Shown here: one piece after another, positions 9,424 through 18,834 of the stretch | Position numbering within the stretch: the first letter of the stretch is position 1 | How the letters are laid out: each line of letters begins with the position of its first letter | Virus record (IMG/VR): IMGVR_UViG_3300023180_009605 | Span: 1-32,116 of that record | DNA: 32,116 nt | Origin: a virus | Lineage: Duplodnaviria; Caudoviricetes | Reading direction: 5' to 3' (one strand) | Position numbers and translations under genes: made by a program | The notes under the pieces: generated by a model | What the model was told of the DNA's origin: nothing | The model's database searches: none | Seen by the model: only the letters and a program-made list of their open reading frames with translations

Positions 9424-10314
9424 CTAATAAGAAAGAATCATATCTTCTAGACTACGTGTGGGTTTCCACCCTAAATCTTTTGTAGTTAGATTTATATCAG
9501 CTAAAGTTTCTCTGACCTCTGCGGGTCTTTCGTCGATTTTTTTGACATCTTTACCAATCATTCTAGCGACTTCGTTTATTGAATAATTTTTTCCGGATCC
9601 GACGTTGTATATGTTGAAACTATTTTTACTTTTTGATTTTGATGACAGGATATTGGCCTCGACTACATCGTCAATGTATGTGAAGTCTCTTCGCTGATCT
9701 CCATCTCCAACTACAGTCATGGGTTTTCCTTCCCTGCACTGACGTTTAAAAAGCCCTATCACCGGAGCGTATTGACCTTTCACAGGTTCTCTTGGTCCGT
9801 ATACATTAAAGTACCTCAGTACGTCTGTAGATAGTCCATAGTTCTGACTATACAACTTACATATTTGTTCACCCATCCACTTTGACATTGAATAAGGATT
9901 TAAACAATCAGTAGGCATATTCGGCAAGAAAGGTATTGGATTCTGGTGTCCATACAAGGAGCTTGTCCCTGAGTATATCACTTTCTTTACTCCGTTTTGT
10001 CTGGACCACTCTAAAACTCTTTGTGTTCCTACAACATTTACTTCGAAACAATTATTAGGAGATCCTATTGTAGGTTGTATTCTGCTTCTTGCTGCTAGGT
10101 GAAAAACAAATTTAGAATTTTCAAAAACTTGATGACAATCGCTTCGAAATATGTCGAGCTCGTGATATAAAGCTCTTCTGTTGTAGTAAAATTCTTCATT
10201 TTCTGGAGCAGAAAGATCATCTATTACATGAACTTCATAGCCTTCATTGACCAGCCTATCGACTATGTGACTTCCAATAAACCCACAACCACCAGTTACA
10301 ACAGCCTTAGTCAT
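9424..10314 (-). CDS. NAD-dependent nucleotide-sugar epimerase/dehydratase (extended SDR)
   Basis: TGGCGFIGS, HLAA, YSMSK, LRYFNVYGP, and GDGDQRRDFTY. Confidence 0.9.
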   Translation of the reverse strand: MTKAVVTGGCGFIGSHIVDRLVNEGYEVHVIDDLSAPENEEFYYNRRALYHELDIFRSDCHQVFENSKFVFHLAARSRIQPTIGSPNNCFEVNVVGTQRVLEWSRQNGVKKVIYSGTSSLYGHQNPIPFLPNMPTDCLNPYSMSKWMGEQICKLYSQNYGLSTDVLRYFNVYGPREPVKGQYAPVIGLFKRQCREGKPMTVVGDGDQRRDFTYIDDVVEANILSSKSKSKNSFNIYNVGSGKNYSINEVARMIGKDVKKIDERPAEVRETLADINLTTKDLGWKPTRSLEDMILSY

Positions 10315-11152
10315 CTGAAACTGCTCTTCCTTTCATTTTTTCCCAATCTTTATTAGTTCTAACTTTTTGGTTAAACTCTTGAATATTTTCTAGAAATTGG
10401 CAATCTACGTCACTTTGATTTCCAAAATATATCATCGCTGCCAAATCTTTAGGAAAACAGTGTCCGCCAAAACCTCGATCTCCGTCTGGGCCCGGCACTA
10501 AGAGATGCGTGTTTCCAATTCTTTTGTCATATAAAGCATACTCACAGACTTTATCGTAGTCGATATCTTGTGTCTGACATATGTCAAACATCTGATTGGC
10601 AAACGTAACTTTTGATGCCAAAAAGCAATTTGTAAAGTACTTTACCATCTCTGCTGTCTTAGATCCTGTTTTAACAATAGGAATATCCGGAAATGCTTTT
10701 TTAAACATCCTCTTAACATAACCAGTTGCAGGCCTAGGGCCACCAATTATAATTCTAGTTTGATTCTTAAAGTCTTCAAATGAATTAGCCTCTGTTAAAA
10801 ACTCAGGACTGAAACACACATCAAGTCTCGTTAAACTTGACATATTCTCTGTGGTTCCGGGGGGAACTGTAGATTTTATTACTAAGATAGGGCTTCTTTC
10901 CCTATTAACTTCATTTTCAATTTTTTCAATAGTCTTTTGAAGTATTCTAGTATCACAACTTCCTGACTTTCTCATTGGAGTCGGTACACACAAAAATATT
11001 ATATCCGAATTGTCAATCACTTCTTTGTGAGAATTTCTAGACTTTTTCTCTTCGATATCGTAAGTTAAAACTTCGTAAAACTTATCTAAACCCTCTCTTA
11101 TTGCTGATCCTACAAAACCTTGACCTATTATTCCTATCTTGTCTATGTTCAT
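10307..11152 (-). CDS. UDP-glucose/GDP-mannose 6-dehydrogenase family, short form
   Basis: GIIGQGFVG, CVPTP, IKSTVPPGTT, SPEFL, AEMVKY..N.FLA.KV.FAN, and catalytic GFGGHCFPKD. Confidence 0.9.
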   Translation of the reverse strand: MNIDKIGIIGQGFVGSAIREGLDKFYEVLTYDIEEKKSRNSHKEVIDNSDIIFLCVPTPMRKSGSCDTRILQKTIEKIENEVNRERSPILVIKSTVPPGTTENMSSLTRLDVCFSPEFLTEANSFEDFKNQTRIIIGGPRPATGYVKRMFKKAFPDIPIVKTGSKTAEMVKYFTNCFLASKVTFANQMFDICQTQDIDYDKVCEYALYDKRIGNTHLLVPGPDGDRGFGGHCFPKDLAAMIYFGNQSDVDCQFLENIQEFNQKVRTNKDWEKMKGRAVSDD

Positions 11153-11158
11153 AAAATT

Positions 11159-12004
11159 TTAACTTTCTCTTAAGTGACTATTCTCATTGATCATTTTTAA
11201 AAATACTTTGTGTGAATTTAACGCATCAATTCGGCCGTCTTCTAAAACAAAATACTCTAATTCTCCTAGAATTGATGACTTTTTTTCAACGTAAACATCT
11301 TTAACAATATTCTCGTGATTTTCAGACAAATAGTATTTTTTCACTGTTTGGTCTGAGAGGTTGCATTCTAGATTATAGTTCTTTTGCCTCACGTGAATCT
11401 TTCTATCTTTGTGAAAGGTCTCATTACTCCACATAAATCTAGCTATTTTATTTTTGTTGAATTTAATATTCATGGCAAAAGTATTTTGATTTCTAAAACA
11501 AGTCATGTCTTCTATTGAGATGTTTGGAAACATTTGGCATAGAAGATCTATGTCATGTATGCCTACGTCTATAAAAGAATTCACTTCTATTCTAGATACC
11601 GGAAGAGCGGAACATCTTATAAAGTCTATGCATAAGACATCTTCTTGATTCATCGATCTGTAAAGTGTTTGATAACTGGGATTGAATCTTTCAACCATTC
11701 CTACAGAAACTTTTTCGTCTTTTATAAGATCCAAGTCATCTAAGGACATGACACCCGGTTTTTCTACAAAAACTCTTCCTTTAAAAGAATTTCTAATTTT
11801 TTCCAAATACTCTCTATGATGTGATGTAGGTGTTGCAATTATAACATGAGTAAAGTCACTTATAGAGTCTAAGTCCAGAACACTTCTTTCTTTGTTTTCT
11901 AAAACAAATGGATCATAATATCTCCAGTGTACTTTCATTTGCTCTAGATACTTGGAGTGAAGCTTTCCCATGCTTCCGTACCCTATTATTAAAACTTTTT
12001 TCAA
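11159..12004 (-). CDS. Gfo/Idh/MocA oxidoreductase (WbpB/WlbA-like sugar 3-dehydrogenase)
   Basis: IIGYGSMG, IATPT..H, VEKP, G.VERFNP, and DVGIHDID. Confidence 0.85.
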   Translation of the reverse strand: MKKVLIIGYGSMGKLHSKYLEQMKVHWRYYDPFVLENKERSVLDLDSISDFTHVIIATPTSHHREYLEKIRNSFKGRVFVEKPGVMSLDDLDLIKDEKVSVGMVERFNPSYQTLYRSMNQEDVLCIDFIRCSALPVSRIEVNSFIDVGIHDIDLLCQMFPNISIEDMTCFRNQNTFAMNIKFNKNKIARFMWSNETFHKDRKIHVRQKNYNLECNLSDQTVKKYYLSENHENIVKDVYVEKKSSILGELEYFVLEDGRIDALNSHKVFLKMINENSHLRES

Positions 12005-12630
12005 TAGTTTTCTCCAGTTTCTTTTTCATACCACCAGACTGGATGAGTCAAAATGTACATTGATTTTTCGCTATTGATAAATTCGTGCATACAACCTTCT
12101 CTCCAACGGCAGCTGCTATCTGAAATATATTTAAATTCTGTTAGGAGTTTATCGTCGTAAGCATCTCCAACAATTCCTAATTTTTTTGTACCTTTCACGA
12201 ATTTATTACCAGTTCTAGAAGGCTCGTGTGGAGACACAACTTTAAAAGTTTCACTACCGTACTCAGCTCTGAGAAGTTCTAAAATTTTTTCAAATTTCTC
12301 AGAATTAATATCATCTCCCTCGTAGTGAAAACCAACTTCGTGGTCTAAGCTAAGAACATTCTCAATTATTTTTCTAGACTTTGAAGAAAAAATGTTGTAA
12401 TTTTTAGCTCTAATTCTAAAAAAATTACTGGATTTTATCCCAACAGAAGATTCAACTTCAATCATTTTCTGAATCAATTCGATATCATGATCAATATCGT
12501 GTCTCATAATCAGACTTTTTTGAAACTTCTTTCCTAGGAAAAATTCAGAAATTAAGAGAGACTCAAAGCCATTCTTAAGAAATTTTTCTAGAGTTTCTTC
12601 ATAGTGTTTTAAAGTAAAATCACAATTCAT
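12001..12630 (-). CDS. polysaccharide deacetylase-like (NodB/WbmS-like) protein
   Basis: MRHDID, HEVGFHYE, SPHEP, YISDS..W, and ILTHPVWW. Confidence 0.7.
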   Translation of the reverse strand: MNCDFTLKHYEETLEKFLKNGFESLLISEFFLGKKFQKSLIMRHDIDHDIELIQKMIEVESSVGIKSSNFFRIRAKNYNIFSSKSRKIIENVLSLDHEVGFHYEGDDINSEKFEKILELLRAEYGSETFKVVSPHEPSRTGNKFVKGTKKLGIVGDAYDDKLLTEFKYISDSSCRWREGCMHEFINSEKSMYILTHPVWWYEKETGENY

Positions 12631-13324
12631 CTAAGTGTTCTTTTCGAAAATTTTCTACTATACTCTCAAACCTTTTAAGAGAATTTTCTCCATGATGGCA
12701 TATAAAGTCTATAGCATTTATCTCATGAGGAAGAAGACCCAATGCTTTTGGATTTACCAAAATGCATTTATTCTGAAATTCTTTTTTCAAATACATCATT
12801 CCCCCTTCTCCTGTCAAATATATGCCTCCATTGTGTTTGTTCACTACTTCCTCTACTAAGTCTGACTTTCTTAAATTTTTAATTTGTCTATCGCTGGAAG
12901 AATAAAGTCTTTCTGTTTGTATCTTTAGAAGTTTATTTATCTGGCGGTTTATTAAAATATTTGCATTCGACAAGCTGCTTCCGGGTGTTATTTCTTTCTC
13001 TACATTTTTCCAAATTTCTTCTACAATTTTCTTACCTGGCAACTTGTTGGAAAGCATAGCAAAAGTTTTTGAAATTTTTTTATAGTCTCTTTCTGATCCT
13101 CCTATCCTGACTTGGTTGATCGGCAATGACGTGTCTATCTTTTTAACAGGTAGTGTTAAATAAGCATCATTGTTACCCGTTGAATAACGACACCTGTTGG
13201 TCCAGCCATTTTTTGAAAACTCGACGTGGTCAAAAACAATAAAAACGTCTGCTGCAGCCTCTTTAACCAGCGTAGGAAGCCATGGAAAAAAGTTAGGTTG
13301 GTGAATGCTTATTATTTTTTTCAT
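12620..13324 (-). CDS. WbqC-like family protein (putative amino-acyl/glycyl transferase for amino sugars)
   Basis: SIHQPNFFPW, DVFIVFDHVEF.K.GWTNR, LTLPV, and YLTGEGG..YL. Confidence 0.85.
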   Translation of the reverse strand: MKKIISIHQPNFFPWLPTLVKEAAADVFIVFDHVEFSKNGWTNRCRYSTGNNDAYLTLPVKKIDTSLPINQVRIGGSERDYKKISKTFAMLSNKLPGKKIVEEIWKNVEKEITPGSSLSNANILINRQINKLLKIQTERLYSSSDRQIKNLRKSDLVEEVVNKHNGGIYLTGEGGMMYLKKEFQNKCILVNPKALGLLPHEINAIDFICHHGENSLKRFESIVENFRKEHLDEL

Positions 13325-13337
13325 AGAAAAGTTTAAT

Positions 13338-14159
13338 TTATGTTTGATTTTTTATTTTTTCTGCAACGCTTTCGGCGACAGGACAGTTTCCAGTAATTCC
13401 TCTTTTCTTATAAGCAGGTTGTTCATACACTACGTTTGGATAGTGTCCTTGTTCAGGACCTCTAAGACCTAACTCTGCCTTTACACCCACCATGTGAAGC
13501 TTCATTTGTTCTAGTGCCATTAGACACAAAGGTTCAGCCAACCTAAAGTTAAACCCAACATACTCATGATTGTATTTACCAACCTGGCCTTGATCACATA
13601 TAGATCTTATCTTATCGCCGTCAAGCTTAGAGCCTTTTGGAATACAAATCATTCCCCCTTCAAAAGTTGAAATATTTTTTGTCTTGTAGAAAGAAAATGT
13701 TCCGCAGTCTGCTACCATTCCAGCATATTTTCTGCAAGAGCAATTAGTACAACTTTTACACTCAGCACCAAAAGCCTGCGCTGTATCTTCTATTACAACT
13801 AAGTTATGCTTCTTTGCTATCTCATTTATCCTGTCCATGCGACATACTCTTCCGTAAAGGTGGACAGGAATAATTGCTTTTGTTTTAGGGGTTATCGCAG
13901 CTTCTATTTTTTCTGGATCTAAAAGATATGTCACAGGGTCAATGTCTACAAAGACCGGAGTGCCTCCTGCTATTATTATTGCATTTGTTGTTGCAATAAA
14001 AGTAAACGGTGTTGTTATGACTTCATCGCCTGGTTTAAGATCCATTGACCACAAAGGTGCTATTAATGCTGATGTTCCATTATTGACGGCGATACAATCT
14101 TCTAGATCAAATCTTTCTTTAACATACTCTTCAAATATGCTTCTAACTACTGCAGGCAT
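13338..14159 (-). CDS. DegT/DnrJ/EryC1/StrS PLP aminotransferase (WbpE-like), shortened
   Basis: NNGTSAL, GDEVITTPFTFIAT, PVHLYG, IEDTAQAFG, SFYKTKNISTFEGGM, and GFNFRL. Confidence 0.9.
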   Translation of the reverse strand: MPAVVRSIFEEYVKERFDLEDCIAVNNGTSALIAPLWSMDLKPGDEVITTPFTFIATTNAIIIAGGTPVFVDIDPVTYLLDPEKIEAAITPKTKAIIPVHLYGRVCRMDRINEIAKKHNLVVIEDTAQAFGAECKSCTNCSCRKYAGMVADCGTFSFYKTKNISTFEGGMICIPKGSKLDGDKIRSICDQGQVGKYNHEYVGFNFRLAEPLCLMALEQMKLHMVGVKAELGLRGPEQGHYPNVVYEQPAYKKRGITGNCPVAESVAEKIKNQT

Positions 14160-14866
14160 TTATTTTTGTCCTTGTATTCTTCAAACTTTTTCATCAAATT
14201 TATCTCTAACTCAGGTGGTACAGACTTATAGTAGGTTCCCTTTGGTAATAGTTCTAACTTACTCTTACCATTGCCTTCAAGATACATTAACGACTCGATC
14301 ATTAACCTTTGTTCTAGGTTTTGTATTCTAATATGTAGATCAACTATGGTATCATCTTCATATATCTTTATGGTGTCTTGCATTATCATAAGACCCCTAT
14401 CAATATTTTTATCTATCAGGTGTGCAGTAACACCTTGTGGAATATCATCTAAGATTCCCCATTTAAGATTATCTAGTCCTCTATTTTGAGGTAATATACC
14501 CGGGTGCATATTGATAACCCCTATCTTAAAGTTGTCAAACGCTATTGGTTTGAGTATTCTAGCTCCTAGAATAACGCCTACATCAAGATCATACTGTTTT
14601 ACTAGCTCAGCTGTTTTTTCAGAATTGTGAACACCTACATGATAATCAATCTCATAGTAATTGGCTAAATCTGAAGGGTGCTTCAGATACAGGTCTTTTG
14701 GCCCAACACGCAATTTTGATTTATAAAAATTCAACTGTACAGGATCTGTAGCTATGATAAGCTCTGGCTTAAAACCAGATTCACACAGATTTCTAATTCC
14801 TTCCTGGGTTTTCCAATGTTCGAAATTGTATGCAAATACACCAACTCTAAGATTTCTTTTAGTCAT
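14147..14866 (-). CDS. N10-formyl-THF-dependent formyltransferase (sugar N-formyltransferase)
   Basis: INMHPGILP.NRG (HxxxLPxxxG signature) and GVTAHLIDKNIDRG. Confidence 0.85.
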   Translation of the reverse strand: MTKRNLRVGVFAYNFEHWKTQEGIRNLCESGFKPELIIATDPVQLNFYKSKLRVGPKDLYLKHPSDLANYYEIDYHVGVHNSEKTAELVKQYDLDVGVILGARILKPIAFDNFKIGVINMHPGILPQNRGLDNLKWGILDDIPQGVTAHLIDKNIDRGLMIMQDTIKIYEDDTIVDLHIRIQNLEQRLMIESLMYLEGNGKSKLELLPKGTYYKSVPPELEINLMKKFEEYKDKNKCLQ

Positions 14867-14870
14867 TTTC

Positions 14871-16064
14871 TTACCGTTTTTCTTTCATTAATCTTAGACA
14901 CTTCTGAAATATGTCATCGCATTTTTCTTCGAATGTTATTTGACTGTCAAAGTCGATGTCACTCGCTTTAGAGTTAATTGCTTTTTCTAAAGACTCACTA
15001 TAAGACTTTTTGTCTGTGTTATCAAACTCAATTATATAGTCTTTCCAAGCTTTAGGTAATGAAACTGTTTTTCCGTCTATCCCATTTATCAGGTCTTCAG
15101 ATAAACCGTGAACACATATGTTGTGACATGCAATAGATTCACCTACAGTTCTTGCGGGCCCTAAAGAAAGTTGCCAGGGAGGCTCCATAAAAGGATTCAT
15201 AATGCTTATTTTACAATGCGTTAAGAAGTCACACAAAAAGTCAGGATGAACATAATTTGAGTACAAAACACTTATGAATTTATCTTCTGCAGCTTTTCTA
15301 ATTCTATCTAGATAATTTTTGTCTTTCGAAGGGCCTAGTATGACCACCACGTAATCTTTTAAAAGATCTGCGTCTATATTCTCAAACCATTCAGCTTGTC
15401 CTTTCCACCAACAGACTGATCCTACAAATGCTATTATCTTCTTCTTTTCAAACCCTGGTTTGTTCATCAAAGTTTTTGATTGATCTGTAAACTTTCTTCC
15501 GGCAGGAGCATAAAAGTCATCATGAGAGAAAGCGTAATCTTCTCCAATCCCTATGCACTGCTTGTGATTATTTGTTTGAATGTTTACTAAATAATCACAA
15601 GATCTCAAGACATGTGGTATCACTGAGTTCATTCTGTTTATGGTGGAAGATCTCGTCAACATAAGATTATATTTTTCTAGAAAATAATCAGCAGGCTGAC
15701 TTACTGAGCTGTTATAGATGTTGTGAATGTATCCTTTTTGTCTTCTATCTAAATTACCCCTAGAGTCAAAATACCAAGTTTGAATTTTTGAATTTGGAAA
15801 AACTTTTGATGCGTAAAGAGGCATCTCTATTGCTTCCATTTCATATTTTAACATAGGAAAGTGAGAAAAGAGAATACTAATGTCTTCTTCAGACTTAAAA
15901 CCTGTCTCTTTAAAATTGATGTGGTGATCTATTTTTTCATAGTAATGATGGTTATTTTCTACCTTAAGAGGTAGAAAAACGTCTTTTTCTTTCCAGGCTT
16001 CGTGAACTAAAGGAAGCATATCTTTGATAATTTCTATTGTTTTTTTTGAGTCAAAACATATCAT
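14871..16064 (-). CDS. divergent GT-B glycosyltransferase-like protein
   Basis: C-terminal half IAFVGSVCWWKGQ...VILGP...PARTVGESIAC resembles the GT4 nucleotide-binding domain; the N-terminus is unrecognised. Confidence 0.55.
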   Translation of the reverse strand: MICFDSKKTIEIIKDMLPLVHEAWKEKDVFLPLKVENNHHYYEKIDHHINFKETGFKSEEDISILFSHFPMLKYEMEAIEMPLYASKVFPNSKIQTWYFDSRGNLDRRQKGYIHNIYNSSVSQPADYFLEKYNLMLTRSSTINRMNSVIPHVLRSCDYLVNIQTNNHKQCIGIGEDYAFSHDDFYAPAGRKFTDQSKTLMNKPGFEKKKIIAFVGSVCWWKGQAEWFENIDADLLKDYVVVILGPSKDKNYLDRIRKAAEDKFISVLYSNYVHPDFLCDFLTHCKISIMNPFMEPPWQLSLGPARTVGESIACHNICVHGLSEDLINGIDGKTVSLPKAWKDYIIEFDNTDKKSYSESLEKAINSKASDIDFDSQITFEEKCDDIFQKCLRLMKEKR

Positions 16065-16072
16065 GTGTTGCC

Positions 16073-16954
16073 TTATACTTCCCTCAAGAGTCTTTCTAAA
16101 TAATTTTTATAATCGTTAGAGCCGCAATTTTCAATAAAATTTATCAAAGTTTTCTTAGAAGTATAACCGCATCTGTAGGCGATTTCATGAATATTTCCAA
16201 TCATAAAGCCCTGCCTATTTTCGACGCTTCTTATAAAATTAGTAGCCTCAAAAAAGCTTTCAAACGTACCGGTGTCAAACCATGCGTGTCCTCTTCCAAG
16301 CTTCACTACATCTAAAGAATTTTCCTGTATGTACAAGTTGTTTAAGTCAGTTATTTCAAGCTCTTTTCTTTCTGATGGCCTTAGAGCTTTTGCTTTTTCA
16401 ATGCACGTATTGTCATACACGTAAAAACCTGTGACGGCCCAGTTTGTTTTTGGATCTTTAGGCTTTTCTTGTATTTGAATCACCTTTTTGTTTTCATCTA
16501 TCTCCAAAACTCCGTAGTCTTCAGGATTCTTGACCGGATAACCATAAACAACGGCGCCTGTTTTTTTCTTATTTACAGCTTCGATCCCTTCTTGGATATG
16601 TTCACTTAGCTCGTTACCATAGAATATGTTATCTCCTAATGCTAAACATACAGAGCTGTTTCCAATAAATTGCTCTCCTATCAAAAAAGACTCCGCTATC
16701 CCTCTAGGTGACTTTTGAACATCATATGATAACTTGATGCCTATTTCAGTGCCGTTACCTAAAAGACTTTGAAAAACTTCTTTATTTTTCTCATTTGTTA
16801 TTATTAGAACTTCTTTAATACCTGCCAACAGCATCATTGATAGTGGATAATATATCATAGGCTTGTTGTAAATGGGAAGCAACTGTTTTGAAATACAGGC
16901 AGTCATTGGATAAAGTCTTGATCCGGATCCTCCGGCTAAAATTATTCCTTTCAT
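16073..16954 (-). CDS. rmlA: glucose-1-phosphate thymidylyltransferase
   Basis: MKGIILAGGSGSRLYP, SKQLLPIYNKPMIYYPL, LGDNIFYG, EKP, R.ELEITD, and GRG.AW.DTGT. Confidence 0.97.
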   Translation of the reverse strand: MKGIILAGGSGSRLYPMTACISKQLLPIYNKPMIYYPLSMMLLAGIKEVLIITNEKNKEVFQSLLGNGTEIGIKLSYDVQKSPRGIAESFLIGEQFIGNSSVCLALGDNIFYGNELSEHIQEGIEAVNKKKTGAVVYGYPVKNPEDYGVLEIDENKKVIQIQEKPKDPKTNWAVTGFYVYDNTCIEKAKALRPSERKELEITDLNNLYIQENSLDVVKLGRGHAWFDTGTFESFFEATNFIRSVENRQGFMIGNIHEIAYRCGYTSKKTLINFIENCGSNDYKNYLERLLREV

Positions 16955-16958
16955 TATT

Positions 16959-17900
16959 TCACTTTCTATAAAATTCTAACGTTTCTAAAAGACAGACATC
17001 AAATTCACTTTGTTTTAGATTCAATATTTTTTTCATCTTATCGGATCTTATTGAATATCTTTTGTCATGACCTTTTCTGTCTTCTATAAACTTGACTTTT
17101 TCTTTCCAATCAAAGTCTAGATTTTTACAAATCTTTTTTATTATGTCAATATTGGTCATTTCATTGGAAAATGTTATATTGTAAGTTTCATTTAAAGAAG
17201 AGTTTAGCCACAAATTATAGATTACCCTAACGTTATCTTTGACGTACAACCAGTCTCTGATGTTTTTTCCATCTCCGTACACAGGGACTTTTTTGCCTTC
17301 AAATAAAGAGTTAAAAATAGTCGGAAGAAATTTTTCTTTATTTTGTCTTGGGCCAAAATTATTTGAAGGTCTGACAATTATGTATTCGATTTTGTGTGTG
17401 TTGGCATAAGCCCTTATAAGATGCTCAGAAGCTGCTTTTGTTGCAGAATATGGATTTTTAGGATCCAGTGAGTCTGACTCTAGAGAAGAACCTGCCTCAA
17501 TTGATCCATATACTTCATCTGTAGATATGTGAAATAATTTCACACTGTTTTCCTTACATACATTGAGAAGTGAAACTACACCATTGACGTTAGAATTAAT
17601 AAAAGGTGTCACATCCTTTATGGAATTGTCGACATGAGTTTCGGCAGCAAAATTAAAAATCCACTTGACTTGATTCTCTTTGCAAAGGCCGCTTATAAAT
17701 TCTTGGTCTCTAATGTCTTTTTCAAAAAACTTAAAATTTTTACTTCTTAAAGCATCAGATAAATTTTCCTTGTTTCCTGCATAAGTCATTGAGTCAATTC
17801 CTATGACTTCAATGCCCATTGATAAGAAAAGATCGACAGCATGACTTCCAATAAAGCCTGCACAGCCTGTAATGATTACTGTCTCTTTTTTAGAATTCAT
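16959..17900 (-). CDS. rmlB: dTDP-glucose 4,6-dehydratase
   Basis: TGCAGFIGS, TYAGN, NFAAETHVDNSI, HISTDEVYG, PYSATKA, SNNFGP.Q..EK, and DRKGHDKRY. Confidence 0.95.
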   Translation of the reverse strand: MNSKKETVIITGCAGFIGSHAVDLFLSMGIEVIGIDSMTYAGNKENLSDALRSKNFKFFEKDIRDQEFISGLCKENQVKWIFNFAAETHVDNSIKDVTPFINSNVNGVVSLLNVCKENSVKLFHISTDEVYGSIEAGSSLESDSLDPKNPYSATKAASEHLIRAYANTHKIEYIIVRPSNNFGPRQNKEKFLPTIFNSLFEGKKVPVYGDGKNIRDWLYVKDNVRVIYNLWLNSSLNETYNITFSNEMTNIDIIKKICKNLDFDWKEKVKFIEDRKGHDKRYSIRSDKMKKILNLKQSEFDVCLLETLEFYRK

Positions 17901-18834
17901 TAATTAGATTTCCTGACATTTTTACAGCTTCAATTATTTTCTTTACTTCATCTTCTGTTAGTTTTTCATGAAACGGAATCGAAACTGTTGTTTTTTCCTT
18001 TGATTCTGATAGGCTCATATCAGAGTTGCAAGAAGTTATTTTTTCATACGCTTTCATTTTATGAGCACAGTAGTAATGTATTCCAGTGGACACATTTTCT
18101 TTTTTCATCTTTTCAATAAAATCTTTTCTGTTCGTCACATCTATTCTATAGAGATGGTAGCTACTATTTTCATAACCAAATGCATCGTTATATCTACTTC
18201 TAATTTCTTCTAGTCTGCTGTTTTTTTCTTTAATTTTCTTAAAATTCTCAATTGCAATTTTCGCCTGAAATGACGATAAATACATTTTCCATCCTGGAAA
18301 CTTTAGATTTCTATTCCAGTTTTCTTGACTATAAGTCATACCATTTAGCGATGCTTCCCTAAACCAATTTATTTTTGATTCATCATTAGAAAAGATCATG
18401 CCTCCGTCTAAACTACCGATAGGCTTTGTTGGATAGAAACTGTAAAACATCAGATCTTCATCATTGCACTCTTTAGTAAATTGATTTTCAACTACTTTTT
18501 GAGCTGAGTCTACTATCTTGTAGTTTTCAAACGTGTGTAAAATGTAAGAATCTCCTACCCAATCAACGTCATTAATAAATTCAACTTTGTTCCCGGCATT
18601 TAAAGTTGCATTAACCACTACAGGAGGAATCATTGAAGGTATTTTAAAATTCTCTCCTTTTCCTAGACTGGCCAAGAATATTGCATTTGTTGCTGATGAT
18701 AGACCACACGCGTATTTCGCTCCAACAAATTCACAAAGCATATCTTCTAGCTCTTTAACGTGATAACTGTGCAGTGCATGACTGAATTCGCTGGTGTCTA
18801 TTTTGTAGTCGTTTATGTTAAAAAGTTGTATCAT
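17890..18834 (-). CDS. DegT-family PLP aminotransferase, divergent and internally shortened
   Basis: SSATNAI, IVDSAQ, YSFYPTKPIGSLDGGM, GWKMY, TGIHY, and VSIPFH. Confidence 0.8.
   Translation of the reverse strand: MIQLFNINDYKIDTSEFSHALHSYHVKELEDMLCEFVGAKYACGLSSATNAIFLASLGKGENFKIPSMIPPVVVNATLNAGNKVEFINDVDWVGDSYILHTFENYKIVDSAQKVVENQFTKECNDEDLMFYSFYPTKPIGSLDGGMIFSNDESKINWFREASLNGMTYSQENWNRNLKFPGWKMYLSSFQAKIAIENFKKIKEKNSRLEEIRSRYNDAFGYENSSYHLYRIDVTNRKDFIEKMKKENVSTGIHYYCAHKMKAYEKITSCNSDMSLSESKEKTTVSIPFHEKLTEDEVKKIIEAVKMSGNLINEF

Noticed and set aside
8475-10314. Recent tandem duplication of the two SDR epimerases
   Set aside because: They share only family motifs, and no extended nucleotide identity was evident by eye.
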